A stretch of DNA of 64,000 bases from an uncultured Fibrobacterota bacterium (GTDB lineage Bacteria > Fibrobacterota > Chitinivibrionia > Chitinivibrionales > FEN-1185). The notes under the pieces were generated by a model. The model had not been told where the DNA came from and searched no databases. It was given only the letters and a program-made list of their open reading frames with translations. Position numbers and translations under genes: made by a program. Shown one piece after another: positions 29,110 through 39,128 of this stretch. The stretch spans positions 86,734-150,733 of the forward strand of contig CAVSQB010000016.1 in NCBI GenBank assembly GCA_963729895.1, given 5' to 3'. The first letter of the stretch is position 1. Every line of letters starts with the position of its first letter.

Positions 29110-30378
29110 ATGCAGAAAACAATTGCAATGATATTCGCAGGCGGACGGGTGGAAGAATTGGCCGCCCTCACCGAACGGCGCGCCAAGGCCGCCGTCATCT
29201 TTGCCGGCGTCTACCGGGCCATCGATTTTGCGCTCACCAACCTCGCGCGCGCCGGGATCGGCCGCGTCGGCATCCTTGCGCAGTACCGGCCGTCATCGCT
29301 TGTCAATCACGTGGGAATCGGCATGGCCTGGGACCTGGTGGGCACCGACAGGGCGGTGCGGTTCCTCTCGCCCTATATGGGTCTTGACCGAGGCGAATGG
29401 TATCGCGGACCCGCCGACGCCCTGTACCAGAACATCGATTTTATCCAGAAAGACCAGCCGGAAGACGTGCTCATCGTGTCCGGAGACCATGTCTCAAACA
29501 TGGATTACACCTCGTTCTTGAGCTTCCACAAGGAACGGGCGGCGGATTTTTCCATGGCCTTCAAGCCCATTGCCGACAGGCCTTCACGATTCGGCATCGG
29601 CGAGCTCGCCTCGACGGGACAGATCGTGAACTTTGTTGAAAAACCGGAATTTCCACGGACAAACCTCGCCTCCATCGGCGTGTACCTGTTTAAGCGCCAG
29701 GTGCTGGTGGACGAACTGTTCCGCGCAGTGTCCGGGAAGGAGGAAGTGACCACCTTTCACATTCACGAAATAGTCCGGCGCCTCATCACGAGACGCTCCG
29801 CATACGGATGGACGTTTACCGGGGAATGGCATTACACCCGCACCCTCGACGAATACTACGAGTTCCACCAAGGCCTGCTCGGGGCTTCGCCAAAAATCAA
29901 TTTGACGGAATGGAACATCAGGTCGAACGCCCTGTACCGGCTTCCCGCTCCAGCCCAGTGCCTTCCCGGCGCGATCGTGGAGAATTCGATGGTCTCCGAA
30001 GGGTGCAAAATCGCGGGCACGGTCCGCAACAGCGTGCTATCGCCCGGCGTTACCGTGGAAAAAGACGCGGTGGTCACCAATTCTGTCCTCTGGGACAACG
30101 TGACCGTAAAGGAAGGCGCCGCTCTCGACAAGGTGATCTCGGACAAGCGGTCCGTGTTCGGGCCGCAGTCGATTGTGGGGTCCGGCAAGACGCAGCCGTC
30201 CAGGGAAATGTCCGCGTCCCTCACCTGCGGCGCCACGCTCATCGGCATGGACGTGCGCATCCCGGCCGGTGCGCGCATCGGAAGGAACTGCATCGTCCAT
30301 CCGGACGCCGGTGAGGACAGCTTTAAAAAACCCGTGGCGTCCGGAGAGAGCATTTGTCAACGCGTATCTGGAAAGTAA
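29110..30378 (+). CDS. glgC: Glucose-1-phosphate adenylyltransferase family protein (GlgC/GlgD-like)
   Basis: RAKAAV.FAGVYRAIDFALTN, WYRGPADALYQN, VSGDH, FVEKP and a C-terminal beta-helix. The Gly-rich loop is atypical. Confidence 0.85.
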   Translation: MQKTIAMIFAGGRVEELAALTERRAKAAVIFAGVYRAIDFALTNLARAGIGRVGILAQYRPSSLVNHVGIGMAWDLVGTDRAVRFLSPYMGLDRGEWYRGPADALYQNIDFIQKDQPEDVLIVSGDHVSNMDYTSFLSFHKERAADFSMAFKPIADRPSRFGIGELASTGQIVNFVEKPEFPRTNLASIGVYLFKRQVLVDELFRAVSGKEEVTTFHIHEIVRRLITRRSAYGWTFTGEWHYTRTLDEYYEFHQGLLGASPKINLTEWNIRSNALYRLPAPAQCLPGAIVENSMVSEGCKIAGTVRNSVLSPGVTVEKDAVVTNSVLWDNVTVKEGAALDKVISDKRSVFGPQSIVGSGKTQPSREMSASLTCGATLIGMDVRIPAGARIGRNCIVHPDAGEDSFKKPVASGESICQRVSGK

Positions 30379-30387
30379 GGACGCATC

Positions 30388-31542
30388 GTGAAGGTCACCT
30401 ACTTTACAAGAGAGTATCCCCCGTACGTCTACGGCGGCGCCGGAGTGCATATCAAGAATCTGGCGTCGTCCATCTCGCGCTACCTGGACGTGGAGGTCCG
30501 CTGCGTAGGCGACCAGGCTGCCGACAACGGCCGGTTGAAGGTTAAAGGCTATCAGGCCTGGAACCGCATGTGGGAGGGAAATAATCCGCTGTTCAACAGC
30601 GCCCTGGGCACGTTTTCCACCAACCTTTCCATGATACGCGATCCCATCGACGCCGATATCGTCCATTCGCACACCTGGTACGGCGCGCTGGCCGGATACA
30701 TGGCAAAAGTGCTGTACAACATTCCCTATGTGGTCACCGTCCACAGCCTTGAACCGCTGAGGCCCTGGAAAGAGGAACAGCTCGGCCGCTCCTATCATCT
30801 CACGACCTGGGTCGAAAAGACCGCCCTCGAAAGTGCGGACCGCATTGTTGCCGTGTCGAACCACGCGCGCAGCGAGATCCTCGAACATTTTTCGGTAGAC
30901 CCGAAGAACGTGGCGGTAATCCATAACGGAATCGACCTGGACACCTGGCGCCCGACGCCGGCAAGAGATACGCTTCGCGCCTTTGAAATTTCCGGCGACT
31001 ATCTGTTGTTCCTGGGCCGCACGAGCCGCCAGAAAGGAATGGTCCACCTCCTTGACGCAATGGAATATGTGGATCCCGGCGTACGCCTGGTGTGCTGCAC
31101 CTCCGCACCCGATACGCCGGAAGTGGAAAAGGAAATTGCCGCCAAGGTCGCCAAACAGAAGCGGGTAATCTGGATAAACACGATGCTCCGTGAAGACCAG
31201 GCAATGGAGCTTTACACAAACGCCCGTGTGTTCGTGTGTCCTTCGGTTTACGAGCCGTTCGGCATCATCAACCTCGAAGCAATGGCGTGCGAGACGCCCG
31301 TGGTCGCCAGCGCGGTGGGCGGCATTCAGGAAGTTGTGGTGCCGGGCGAAACCGGCCTGCTCGTGCCGCCTGCGGACCCGCGCGCCCTCGCGGAGGCGAT
31401 AAACAAGCTCCTGAGGGACAAGAGCCTTGCAAGAAAGATGGGCAAGGCCGGCAGGCAGCGCGCTGAGAACTATTTTTCCTGGTCTTCCATTGCGAAAGAA
31501 ACCAAGGACATGTACGCAAAGGTCATCAAAGAACGATTATGA
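30388..31542 (+). CDS. glgA: GT4 glycosyltransferase, actinobacterial GlgA/GlgM type (maltose-1-phosphate synthase-like)
   Basis: TREYPPYVYGGAGVH, HSHTWY, HSLEPLRPWKEEQLG and CPSVYEPFGIINLEAMAC. Confidence 0.9.
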   Translation: MKVTYFTREYPPYVYGGAGVHIKNLASSISRYLDVEVRCVGDQAADNGRLKVKGYQAWNRMWEGNNPLFNSALGTFSTNLSMIRDPIDADIVHSHTWYGALAGYMAKVLYNIPYVVTVHSLEPLRPWKEEQLGRSYHLTTWVEKTALESADRIVAVSNHARSEILEHFSVDPKNVAVIHNGIDLDTWRPTPARDTLRAFEISGDYLLFLGRTSRQKGMVHLLDAMEYVDPGVRLVCCTSAPDTPEVEKEIAAKVAKQKRVIWINTMLREDQAMELYTNARVFVCPSVYEPFGIINLEAMACETPVVASAVGGIQEVVVPGETGLLVPPADPRALAEAINKLLRDKSLARKMGKAGRQRAENYFSWSSIAKETKDMYAKVIKERL

Positions 31543-33566
31543 AGGAGAACCCGAAACTTGCCATGCCGACAGAACAATGCCGTATCGTCATCGAAGGAGT
31601 CACCCCGAGCGTCGACCACGGTCGATATGCCGCAAAAACGGTAGCCGGCGACGAGATTAAAATAGGCGCGGACATCTTTAAGGACGGGCACGAAAAGCTG
31701 CGCGCTGTCGTGTTGTTCCGATCAGTCAAGTTAACGCAGCCGGTTTCCAAAACCTGCTGCCGGGAAATTCCCTCGCCGTCCGGCAGTGCCTGGCGCGAAG
31801 CTCCCCTTACGGAAGACGTCAACGACCGTTGGCTCGGCTCGATCACCTGCGACGCATGTGGCGATTGGGTCTTTACAATATGCGCCTGGACCGACGTGTT
31901 CGCCTCCTGGCGCGACGAACTGAGGAAAAAAGCCGAAGCCAATGCCGACGTCTCAAGCGAGCTCCTGGAAGGCGCGGCCATCATGGAACAAACGCTTCGG
32001 GGAATGCAGACATCCTCGGCGGATACGAGCGGGATCGCGGCATATGCGGAAAAAATCGGCGGGAATGGAGACCGCGCCGAAAGAATTGCCGCCGCGCTCG
32101 ACGAACGCCTTGCCGTTCTCATGGCCCGTCATGATCCGCGAGCCGACGCCACCCTGTTCCCCCTTGAGTTACCGCTCTGGGCTGACCGGGCCGCGGCGAG
32201 GTTCGGTTCCTGGTACGAAATCTTCGTTCGCTCGCAGGGAACGGACCCGAAAGCCGTCACCACGTTCCGGGAAGCGGAAAAACGTCTTCCTTACATCGCT
32301 TCCCTTGGGTTTGACGTCCTTTACCTCACGCCGATCCATCCCATCGGGCTTGCTTTTCGAAGAGGACCCAACAACACCGACATGGCAGGGCCGAACGATC
32401 CGGGCAGTTGCTGGGCCATCGGCGGCAGCGCAGGCGGCCACACCGCGATCCATCCGGAACTGGGAACGCTTGCCGATTTCGACCATTACCTAATTGCCGC
32501 CAAACGTCTCGGAATCGAACTGGCGCTCGACTTCGCCGTTCAATGTTCGCCCGACCACCCATGGGTCAAACAACACCCGGACTGGTTCAAGCACCGGCCC
32601 GACGGAAGCATCAAATACGCAGAAAACCCGCCGAAGAAATACAAGGACATTTACCCGATAGATTTCGACACCAAAGACCGCGACGGACTTTACAAAGAGC
32701 TGCTCAACGTCGCGCTGTTCTGGATTCAGCGCGGCGTAAAAATCCTTCGGGTTGACAATCCCCACACAAAACCGTGCGGTTTCTGGGAATGGTTTATTTT
32801 CACCATCCACCGGGAACATCCGGATGTTTTGTTCCTCGCAGAGGCGTTCACGCGCCCCAAACGCATGGCCAGGCTCGCCAAAATCGGTTTTACACAGTCG
32901 TACACTTACTTCACATGGCGTAACTCGCGGGACGAGCTGGAATCGTATGCACGCGAGCTGTTCTGCACCGACGTCCACCTTTATCTCAGACCGAACTTTT
33001 TTGCAAACACGCCTGACATCCTGCACACTTTTCTGCAGGACGGCGGCCGGCCCGCGTTCATTATCCGCCTTGTCCTCGCCGCAACCATGTCGCCGACCTA
33101 CGGAATCTACAACGGCTTCGAGCTGTGCGAAAACCGTCCTCTCAAGGCCGGGTCAGAGGAATATCTTGATTCTGAAAAATACCAGCTCAAAGTCTGGGAC
33201 TGGGACCGTCCGGGAAATATCAGGGACGCGGTCGCCCGCATCAACACGATAAGAAAAGAAAACCCTGCCCTGCAGTTTCCGGACAACCTCACGATACTGG
33301 AATCAACGTGCCCGCACATTGTCGCGTTCGCAAAAATTCACCCGGAAAAGAACAGCCGTATTCTTGTGATTGTCAACCTTGACCCGCACAACACCCACGA
33401 AGGAACCGTGGGTGTTCCAGAGTCACTTGCAGGCGGCGTCAACTATTCGGCCTACACCGTAAGGGACCTGCTTAACGACGAGCAGTATTTGTGGCACGGG
33501 TACTGGAATTACGTGAGGCTCGACCCGCAGTCGAAACCGGCGCACATGTTGAGAATCGAAGGTTAA
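31539..33566 (+). CDS. glgE: Alpha-1,4-glucan:maltose-1-phosphate maltosyltransferase
   Basis: ADIFKDGH, YAENPPKKYKDIYP, RVDNPHTKP, LAEAFTRP, RPNFFANTPDIL and EEYLDSEKYQ. Confidence 0.95.
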   Translation: MKENPKLAMPTEQCRIVIEGVTPSVDHGRYAAKTVAGDEIKIGADIFKDGHEKLRAVVLFRSVKLTQPVSKTCCREIPSPSGSAWREAPLTEDVNDRWLGSITCDACGDWVFTICAWTDVFASWRDELRKKAEANADVSSELLEGAAIMEQTLRGMQTSSADTSGIAAYAEKIGGNGDRAERIAAALDERLAVLMARHDPRADATLFPLELPLWADRAAARFGSWYEIFVRSQGTDPKAVTTFREAEKRLPYIASLGFDVLYLTPIHPIGLAFRRGPNNTDMAGPNDPGSCWAIGGSAGGHTAIHPELGTLADFDHYLIAAKRLGIELALDFAVQCSPDHPWVKQHPDWFKHRPDGSIKYAENPPKKYKDIYPIDFDTKDRDGLYKELLNVALFWIQRGVKILRVDNPHTKPCGFWEWFIFTIHREHPDVLFLAEAFTRPKRMARLAKIGFTQSYTYFTWRNSRDELESYARELFCTDVHLYLRPNFFANTPDILHTFLQDGGRPAFIIRLVLAATMSPTYGIYNGFELCENRPLKAGSEEYLDSEKYQLKVWDWDRPGNIRDAVARINTIRKENPALQFPDNLTILESTCPHIVAFAKIHPEKNSRILVIVNLDPHNTHEGTVGVPESLAGGVNYSAYTVRDLLNDEQYLWHGYWNYVRLDPQSKPAHMLRIEG

Positions 33567-33610
33567 GAGAGTTGAAAGTTGACGGTTGATTGTTGCACCC
33601 ACGCGCACCG

Positions 33611-34798
33611 CTATTTCTTCCCTCTCCTCAACCCCTTGAACACAGGATAGCTCACCGTCCAGCACGCACCTGCCGCCGCAAGCGCCAGAATGATGCTGCC
33701 GAAAAACCATTCGATTCCCCAAGTAAAAAATCCACCCCAATTCAAGCGTGCAACCGATTCAGTCCATGAAACGGGGACCACCAGCCTTCCGATCGCAATT
33801 GCAGCAGCATAAATAAACGGCAACATCGGCGCAGACGAAATGCTCACCCCGAGAAAAGCAAGCGGCCGGTTGATCCGCATGACAAAACTCAGAACCAACA
33901 AGGCGAGAACCTGAAAAAATGGAATGGGCAAGAGCCCTACAAACACCCCCAGCGTGAGCGAAAACGCCGCCCGTTCTGGTGTTGAATGCGCGTGCAACTC
34001 GTATTTGAAAAGCGCCACGATCTTCTGCCGCCATGTCGCGCAGGGCATGTCCACGATGAGGAACGGCAGGAACAGCTTTATCATCACGGCTTTGGAGTTT
34101 ACCGCGAATATCCGCAGAAAATCGCGCACGGGCCGGAAGTGCGACACGACGCGACTTTTAGGCGCGTAGGAGAGGTGCACGTCAACTGAGGCAACGCGAA
34201 GGCCGTTCCACGCAGCTTTGACAAGCACCTCCTGCTCGAATTCGTAGCGGCTGCCCGCGCAGCCGAAGCCGGTCACGCTTGCCAACGGGTACGCGCGGAA
34301 TCCGCATTGTGTATCGCGGATATCAATGCCTGTGATGAACTTGTACCAGAAGGACCCGAACTTCCGGCCCGCGGCCGACCGCGCAGGCTCGCCCGTTTCT
34401 TCTTTTCGAAGCACCCTGTTTCCGATCCACAGCGTGGCCGGTTCCAGCGCAATCTTTTCCAGAAACACGGGAATGTCGCTCGGATAATGCTGGCCGTCCG
34501 CGTCAACGGTAATCGCGTGGGTAAACCCGAGAGCTGCGGCTTTTTTGAACGCGGCCCGCAAGGCGCAGCCCTTTCCCCGGTTGTTGTCAAAGTCAATTAC
34601 GCGGATTGCCGTATTTTCCGATGCTATGGAATCGATCAGGCTCTTCGTGTTGTCCGTTGAGCCGTCGTTGACGACGATGATGTCCGGTACATGCCGGGCG
34701 GTTCCTGCTATCACGGATGAGACGGTGCTCGCATTATTGTACGCGGGGATAACGACAACGGTGCGAGGTGTGCCCTCGAATTGAAAGGATTCTGGCAT
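33611..34798 (-). CDS. GT2 glycosyltransferase fused to a DUF2062 membrane domain
   Basis: VVIPAYNN, VVNDGSTD, TVDADGQH, DTQCGFRAYP and SHFRPVRDF, followed by a C-terminal TM domain (TPERAAFSLTLGVFVGLLP). Confidence 0.88.
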   Translation of the reverse strand: MPESFQFEGTPRTVVVIPAYNNASTVSSVIAGTARHVPDIIVVNDGSTDNTKSLIDSIASENTAIRVIDFDNNRGKGCALRAAFKKAAALGFTHAITVDADGQHYPSDIPVFLEKIALEPATLWIGNRVLRKEETGEPARSAAGRKFGSFWYKFITGIDIRDTQCGFRAYPLASVTGFGCAGSRYEFEQEVLVKAAWNGLRVASVDVHLSYAPKSRVVSHFRPVRDFLRIFAVNSKAVMIKLFLPFLIVDMPCATWRQKIVALFKYELHAHSTPERAAFSLTLGVFVGLLPIPFFQVLALLVLSFVMRINRPLAFLGVSISSAPMLPFIYAAAIAIGRLVVPVSWTESVARLNWGGFFTWGIEWFFGSIILALAAAGACWTVSYPVFKGLRRGKK

Positions 34799-34896
34799 GA
34801 AGTGAAAATTCGAATGAGTGAATTTCGGTCAGATACGCTACCGAGCAAAGATCTTGAACGGTCTCATCGCATGTGGACGGAATTGAGAAATCCTTG

Positions 34897-35115
34897 CTAA
34901 GCAGCGCGCGAAAGTGCGATTTCGATTTCCCTTGAAACTCTTATTTCCTTGAAGAAATCCCGGGGATACAGGTAGTCTTCTCCAGATTCGTCAACAATTC
35001 TTATCTGGTCGTGCTTTTCCGCTTCTGGGTCCAAAATGGTTTCATACAGTTTCCGCAGTTCAAGAGAAGAGGCATACCCTTCGTTTCTTACGCAAACAAC
35101 AAAATGACGGGCCAT
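34897..35115 (-). CDS. Small hypothetical protein (second gene of a two-gene module)
   Basis: 72 aa, FVVCVRNEGY..SLELRKLY...IRIVDESGEDYLYP. Starts 3 nt after the stop of the broken upstream partner. Confidence 0.75.
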   Translation of the reverse strand: MARHFVVCVRNEGYASSLELRKLYETILDPEAEKHDQIRIVDESGEDYLYPRDFFKEIRVSREIEIALSRAA

Positions 35116-35118
35116 TTC

Positions 35119-35361
35119 TTATGTTCCTTGTTGAAGATAACGTTTGATCTTTATTTCATGTTTTCCAAGGCCATGACCTTCATACCAATGGATTTCCGCC
35201 CTGGCGACAAATCCGTCGCTCAATCGCACCGTGGCAATTCCCTTCGACTTTCGCCATCGTCATTTCCCATAAACTCTTTTCAAGCGCGCTATTTCGCGGA
35301 TTGAGGCGCCCGCTGCGATAATTTCAACGTTCGTGATGCCTGAAATTATCTCAAAGTGCAA
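35119..35361 (-). pseudogene. Small basic protein gene interrupted by one in-frame TGA
   Basis: TTG-start frame reads HFEIISGITNVEIIAAGASIREIARLKRVYGK*RWRKSKGIATVRLSDGFVARAEIHWYEGHGLGKHEIKIKRYLQQGT-stop. The internal stop is at 35260-35262. Confidence 0.75.
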
Positions 35362-35458
35362 CGGTAAACCCCTTCCGTCAGAAATATAAGACCCGCCACC
35401 GCGATGAATGTCAACGCTATGATCGCCTGCGCGGTTCTGAAACAAGCTGAGAAACGTC

Positions 35459-36751
35459 CTATCTCGCCCGTTTCTTCCTCTTATCCACTACCCTCACCTT
35501 CTTCGCGCTTTCTCCCCGGTGATGCCTGATGGTCGCGACATTCGACACGAGCACAGGCAACTGCACCCGCGCCTGGGCGCGGAGCTGGCTCCCGATCTTT
35601 TCCAGGTTCGACGGCGCGGTCGCCACGTGGATCGTCACGTGGTCCGACAGCGACTCGTCGTCCTCGATGATGATGATATAATCGTCTATGCCGTCAAGTG
35701 AATCGAGCACGTTGGTGATGGCAAGCGGGTACACCGTGGTGCCCTTCAGCTTGATCATGTGTCCTTTACGGGCAAGAATTGGGCCCACGCGCAGCGAATT
35801 GCGGCCGCACGCGCACGAGCCGGGCAGCTTGAACGTGATGTCGCCGGTTCTGTAGCGCACCAGCGGCACGCCTTCGACGCCGAGCGGGGTGGCAACGAGC
35901 TCGCCAACCTCGCCGTCCGGGACGTGGTTTCCGCTCTCGTCAACGATTTCGGTGTAGACGAGTTCGGGGTGGCCGTGGCCGCCGTACTGTGACGTGCACT
36001 CGCAGTACGCGCAGGAAAGCTCGGTTGACGCATAGGTGGAGTACACTTTTGCATTGTAGAGTTCCTCAAGGGCCTTGCCCACGGAGTTGAGTTCCATGTC
36101 CTGTCCGCGTATGCTCTCCCCGATGCAGAATATTTTCCTGATGGACGCGGCCTTCGGGTCGTACGACTGCTTTGCAAGTTCCTTTGCAAGTTTCAGAAGA
36201 AACGACGGAACGCCCACAACCACGCTGGGCTTGAGCAATTCGATGTAATGCTTTTGCATGTCGTACGGCAGAACTCCGATGCGCGCGGTGTTTGCGCCGA
36301 GGAGCGACAGCCCGCGGTAGTAGGCCATGCCGGCGATAAAAAGCCTGTCGAGCGACACAAACACTTGGGCCCTGTCTTTGGGCGTCACGCCCGCGGCATG
36401 GAACGACAGCGCCTCGTTGAACGCGAGCCGTTCAACGTCGTTTGCGGTAAGGGAAAACACGAGCGGCTTTCCCGTGGAACCGCTGGTGATCACGGTCTCC
36501 GCGATCTGCTCGGGCACGACGCCGAGGAACATGTCGGTGTCCTCGACGAGCCGCGACTTGTCGGTGAAGGGAAGCTTGCGGATATCGTCGGGCGTCTTGA
36601 TATCTTCTGGGAACACGTCGAACAGCTCGTTCTGGTAATGCGGCGACACTTCCTTGACGTGTCGCACATGATTGCGCACCCCGCGCACCGAGCGCGCTTC
36701 GATTTCGTCTGCCGACAGGAATTCCCACGAGAGTTCGGGTCTAAAAACCAA
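35459..36751 (-). CDS. Phenylacetate/aryl-CoA ligase family (PaaK-like) AMP-binding enzyme
   Basis: LPFTDK, TSGSTGKP, YSTYASTE, PLVRYRTGD and IKLKGTTVYP. Confidence 0.9.
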   Translation of the reverse strand: MVFRPELSWEFLSADEIEARSVRGVRNHVRHVKEVSPHYQNELFDVFPEDIKTPDDIRKLPFTDKSRLVEDTDMFLGVVPEQIAETVITSGSTGKPLVFSLTANDVERLAFNEALSFHAAGVTPKDRAQVFVSLDRLFIAGMAYYRGLSLLGANTARIGVLPYDMQKHYIELLKPSVVVGVPSFLLKLAKELAKQSYDPKAASIRKIFCIGESIRGQDMELNSVGKALEELYNAKVYSTYASTELSCAYCECTSQYGGHGHPELVYTEIVDESGNHVPDGEVGELVATPLGVEGVPLVRYRTGDITFKLPGSCACGRNSLRVGPILARKGHMIKLKGTTVYPLAITNVLDSLDGIDDYIIIIEDDESLSDHVTIHVATAPSNLEKIGSQLRAQARVQLPVLVSNVATIRHHRGESAKKVRVVDKRKKRAR

Positions 36752-39128
36752 TTATGATCCCTCCTGCTGGAAAAAACGACAACTGGTATACGGGCGCTGG
36801 CCGGCTCCGGCCGTCGGTGTACAGATAGGTCCAGATGTTCTTCCGGTCGTACACATTTTGTAAATCAAAATAGTAAATCATCTGCAGGAAACCAAAGCCA
36901 AACCGTCTTTCCCAGCGGATGTCGAGGGTGTGGTAGGCGCCGTAGACATCGGCATTGATCGGGGCGCGGTTGTCTATGTACCAGCGGTGATAGGTGGTTG
37001 AATCGTATGCCGGAGAAGTGTGGGGCCGCGGACCGAGGTACCGCCATTTTGCGGAAATCTCGTTGCGGTCTGCTACGGGCATGACAGGCGAAAGGATCTT
37101 AAACCATAGCTGGTCCCGCAAGGAAGCATACCATGCGTAGAAAAGGAGCTCTTTCTTCCAGCCGCACGTGAGGGTGAACGAATTGGTGAAATCGAAATCC
37201 GCCCGGTACCATTGGCCCTCGTGGCCGGGCCGCGGGTCAAGGTCTTCGGATTTCGACAGCGAATAGGCAGCGCTCCACGATATCTCCTTTGCCAATTTCT
37301 TCTGGGCAAACAGCTCCAATCCGTAACTTCTGCCTTTTCCGATGGACAGCCGGTCGTTCGACGTGACGAACGTATCGGCCGCCGAATTATGCGGCCGCAG
37401 GAGCGAGGAGTCCACGGGCATGTTGTCGTACCGCTTGTAATATCCTTCTGCAACGGCTTTGATTCCCGACGAACCAAACTGATATTCGAACCCGCCGATG
37501 CCCGTTATTGCGCGTTTCGGTTTGAGGCTCGCATTAAAGGAAGATGCGGCAAGATCCGCATAGTCCGGGTCCTGATATTGCACACCGAATGCTCCGGTCG
37601 CCTCGATCTCGGGCAGCAGCGACCACGCGGCGCTGAGCCGGGGCGAAACCGTGAGGCTTCTGTTGTAAGTGAACCCGTCGATCCGTATTCCCGGCACAAT
37701 GCGCAGTCGCTCGAATGGCCTCACGATACCCGAGACAAAACCTCCGTACTTGTACGCAGTATGGCGGCCGTCCGCCGTTTCCTGCCAGGTGACGGCCGTG
37801 GGGATGCCTACGGTATCGGACGGGCCGGCATAGCGCTTGAGCGTATCGGGCTTGTTCCACATGTCGATGCTGAAATCGGCCCGTTTGACAAATGCTCCAA
37901 CCAGGATCCTGTTACTGTTGTCCAAATCCAGCGAGGCCTGGGCCTTGCATTCCTGTTCCTGTTCGAGAGACGTGTTTTTGAAAAATGTGTCTGCCCCGGT
38001 AAACTCGATCCGGTCGAAGGTGTTGCCCACGCCCGAAACGGTCACGCTCGTGGAAAACCGGTTTGTGAAGAACTGCTCCCAGGTTATTCCGCCCGCGTAC
38101 ACATATCCGCCCGACATAAGCGTGGAGCCTTGGGTGCCGAAGAGCACATCGGCGGAATCGATGGTTATGCCGCTGTTGCCGTACAGAGCGTCGGCATAAA
38201 TCCTGTGGTCTGCGGTGGTCTGCGCGACTCTCGTTTCCATGCCCCAGTATTCAGGAATTGCAGCAGCCTGGTTGTTGAACGAGGTGTGCGCGATAAAATC
38301 GAGATAGCTCCTGGTGGCCGAGAACATGAAGTTTGCCTGTTTGGAAAAGAGCGGGCCTTCCACATGCACGCCCGCGCCCGCAACGCCGACGTCAACCCCG
38401 CCCAGCACCATGTCGCTGTTGCCGTCCCGAAGCTTCACGTCCAGCACGCTGGACGCTTTGTCGCCGTATTGGGCGGGCGGCGCGCCCGCATTGAACGTGA
38501 GGCCCTTTACAAGCAAAGGATTCACAAGCGAGATTACCCCGCCGCCCGTGCCCTGTTCCGCGAAATGGTTGGGGTTCGGTACTTCTATGTTGTCAAGCAG
38601 AAACAGGTTCTCGCCCGGCACGCCGCCCCGCACGACGATCTCGTTGGTGTTGTCCCCGCCCGAGGTGACGCTCGGCATCGTGGTAACCACCCGCTGGACA
38701 TCGTCAAGCGCGCCCGGCGCCCTTAAAAGCTCGTCGGCGCTGATCACCTTGGTCGACGAGGTCATGTCGGGCGGCCGCCGAAACGACGTGCCTCGCACAA
38801 CCATACGGTCGGCGTGCACACTTCTCGGCGGGAGCTCCGCGTCGCAGCGTTTTTCCGCCTCGCCCGAAACGTACACGTCGTTGACAGTCAGCGAGTCGTA
38901 GTCCGGGTGGGAAAAGGAGAGGTTGTAGCTTCCGGGCGCCACCGAATCGAACCGGTACCGGCCCGCGGTGTCCGATGCGACCGCGCGCGCCAGGCCCGCC
39001 GACCCAACCGCGACATTCGCGATCTTCCTGCCGGTCTGTGCATCCGTCACAACGCCGCGGATGGACCCTGCATGCGCGACAAACAAGACCGCAGCGAGGA
39101 GGAGAAAGAAGACCGGACGCCGGTTCAT
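36741..39128 (-). CDS. TonB-dependent outer-membrane receptor with an N-terminal carboxypeptidase-like domain
   Basis: Signal peptide, plug motifs (VVRGGVPGEN..LLDNIEV.NPNHF, PAQYGDKASSVLDV), a beta-barrel, and a C-terminal Phe. Confidence 0.9.
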   Translation of the reverse strand: MNRRPVFFLLLAAVLFVAHAGSIRGVVTDAQTGRKIANVAVGSAGLARAVASDTAGRYRFDSVAPGSYNLSFSHPDYDSLTVNDVYVSGEAEKRCDAELPPRSVHADRMVVRGTSFRRPPDMTSSTKVISADELLRAPGALDDVQRVVTTMPSVTSGGDNTNEIVVRGGVPGENLFLLDNIEVPNPNHFAEQGTGGGVISLVNPLLVKGLTFNAGAPPAQYGDKASSVLDVKLRDGNSDMVLGGVDVGVAGAGVHVEGPLFSKQANFMFSATRSYLDFIAHTSFNNQAAAIPEYWGMETRVAQTTADHRIYADALYGNSGITIDSADVLFGTQGSTLMSGGYVYAGGITWEQFFTNRFSTSVTVSGVGNTFDRIEFTGADTFFKNTSLEQEQECKAQASLDLDNSNRILVGAFVKRADFSIDMWNKPDTLKRYAGPSDTVGIPTAVTWQETADGRHTAYKYGGFVSGIVRPFERLRIVPGIRIDGFTYNRSLTVSPRLSAAWSLLPEIEATGAFGVQYQDPDYADLAASSFNASLKPKRAITGIGGFEYQFGSSGIKAVAEGYYKRYDNMPVDSSLLRPHNSAADTFVTSNDRLSIGKGRSYGLELFAQKKLAKEISWSAAYSLSKSEDLDPRPGHEGQWYRADFDFTNSFTLTCGWKKELLFYAWYASLRDQLWFKILSPVMPVADRNEISAKWRYLGPRPHTSPAYDSTTYHRWYIDNRAPINADVYGAYHTLDIRWERRFGFGFLQMIYYFDLQNVYDRKNIWTYLYTDGRSRPAPVYQLSFFPAGGIIIGF

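Noticed and set aside
35260..35262. In-frame TGA as evidence of an alternative genetic code or selenocysteine
   Set aside because: Many genes here end in TGA at the expected place (tonB, recB, recD, hsp20), the position looks like Gly rather than Cys, and I saw no SECIS-like hairpin.
37212..38726. Long antisense ORFs: 504 aa here, also 53722-55110 and 59428-60912
   Set aside because: Each lies opposite a well-supported gene, which is typical of GC-rich DNA, and none has a family motif.
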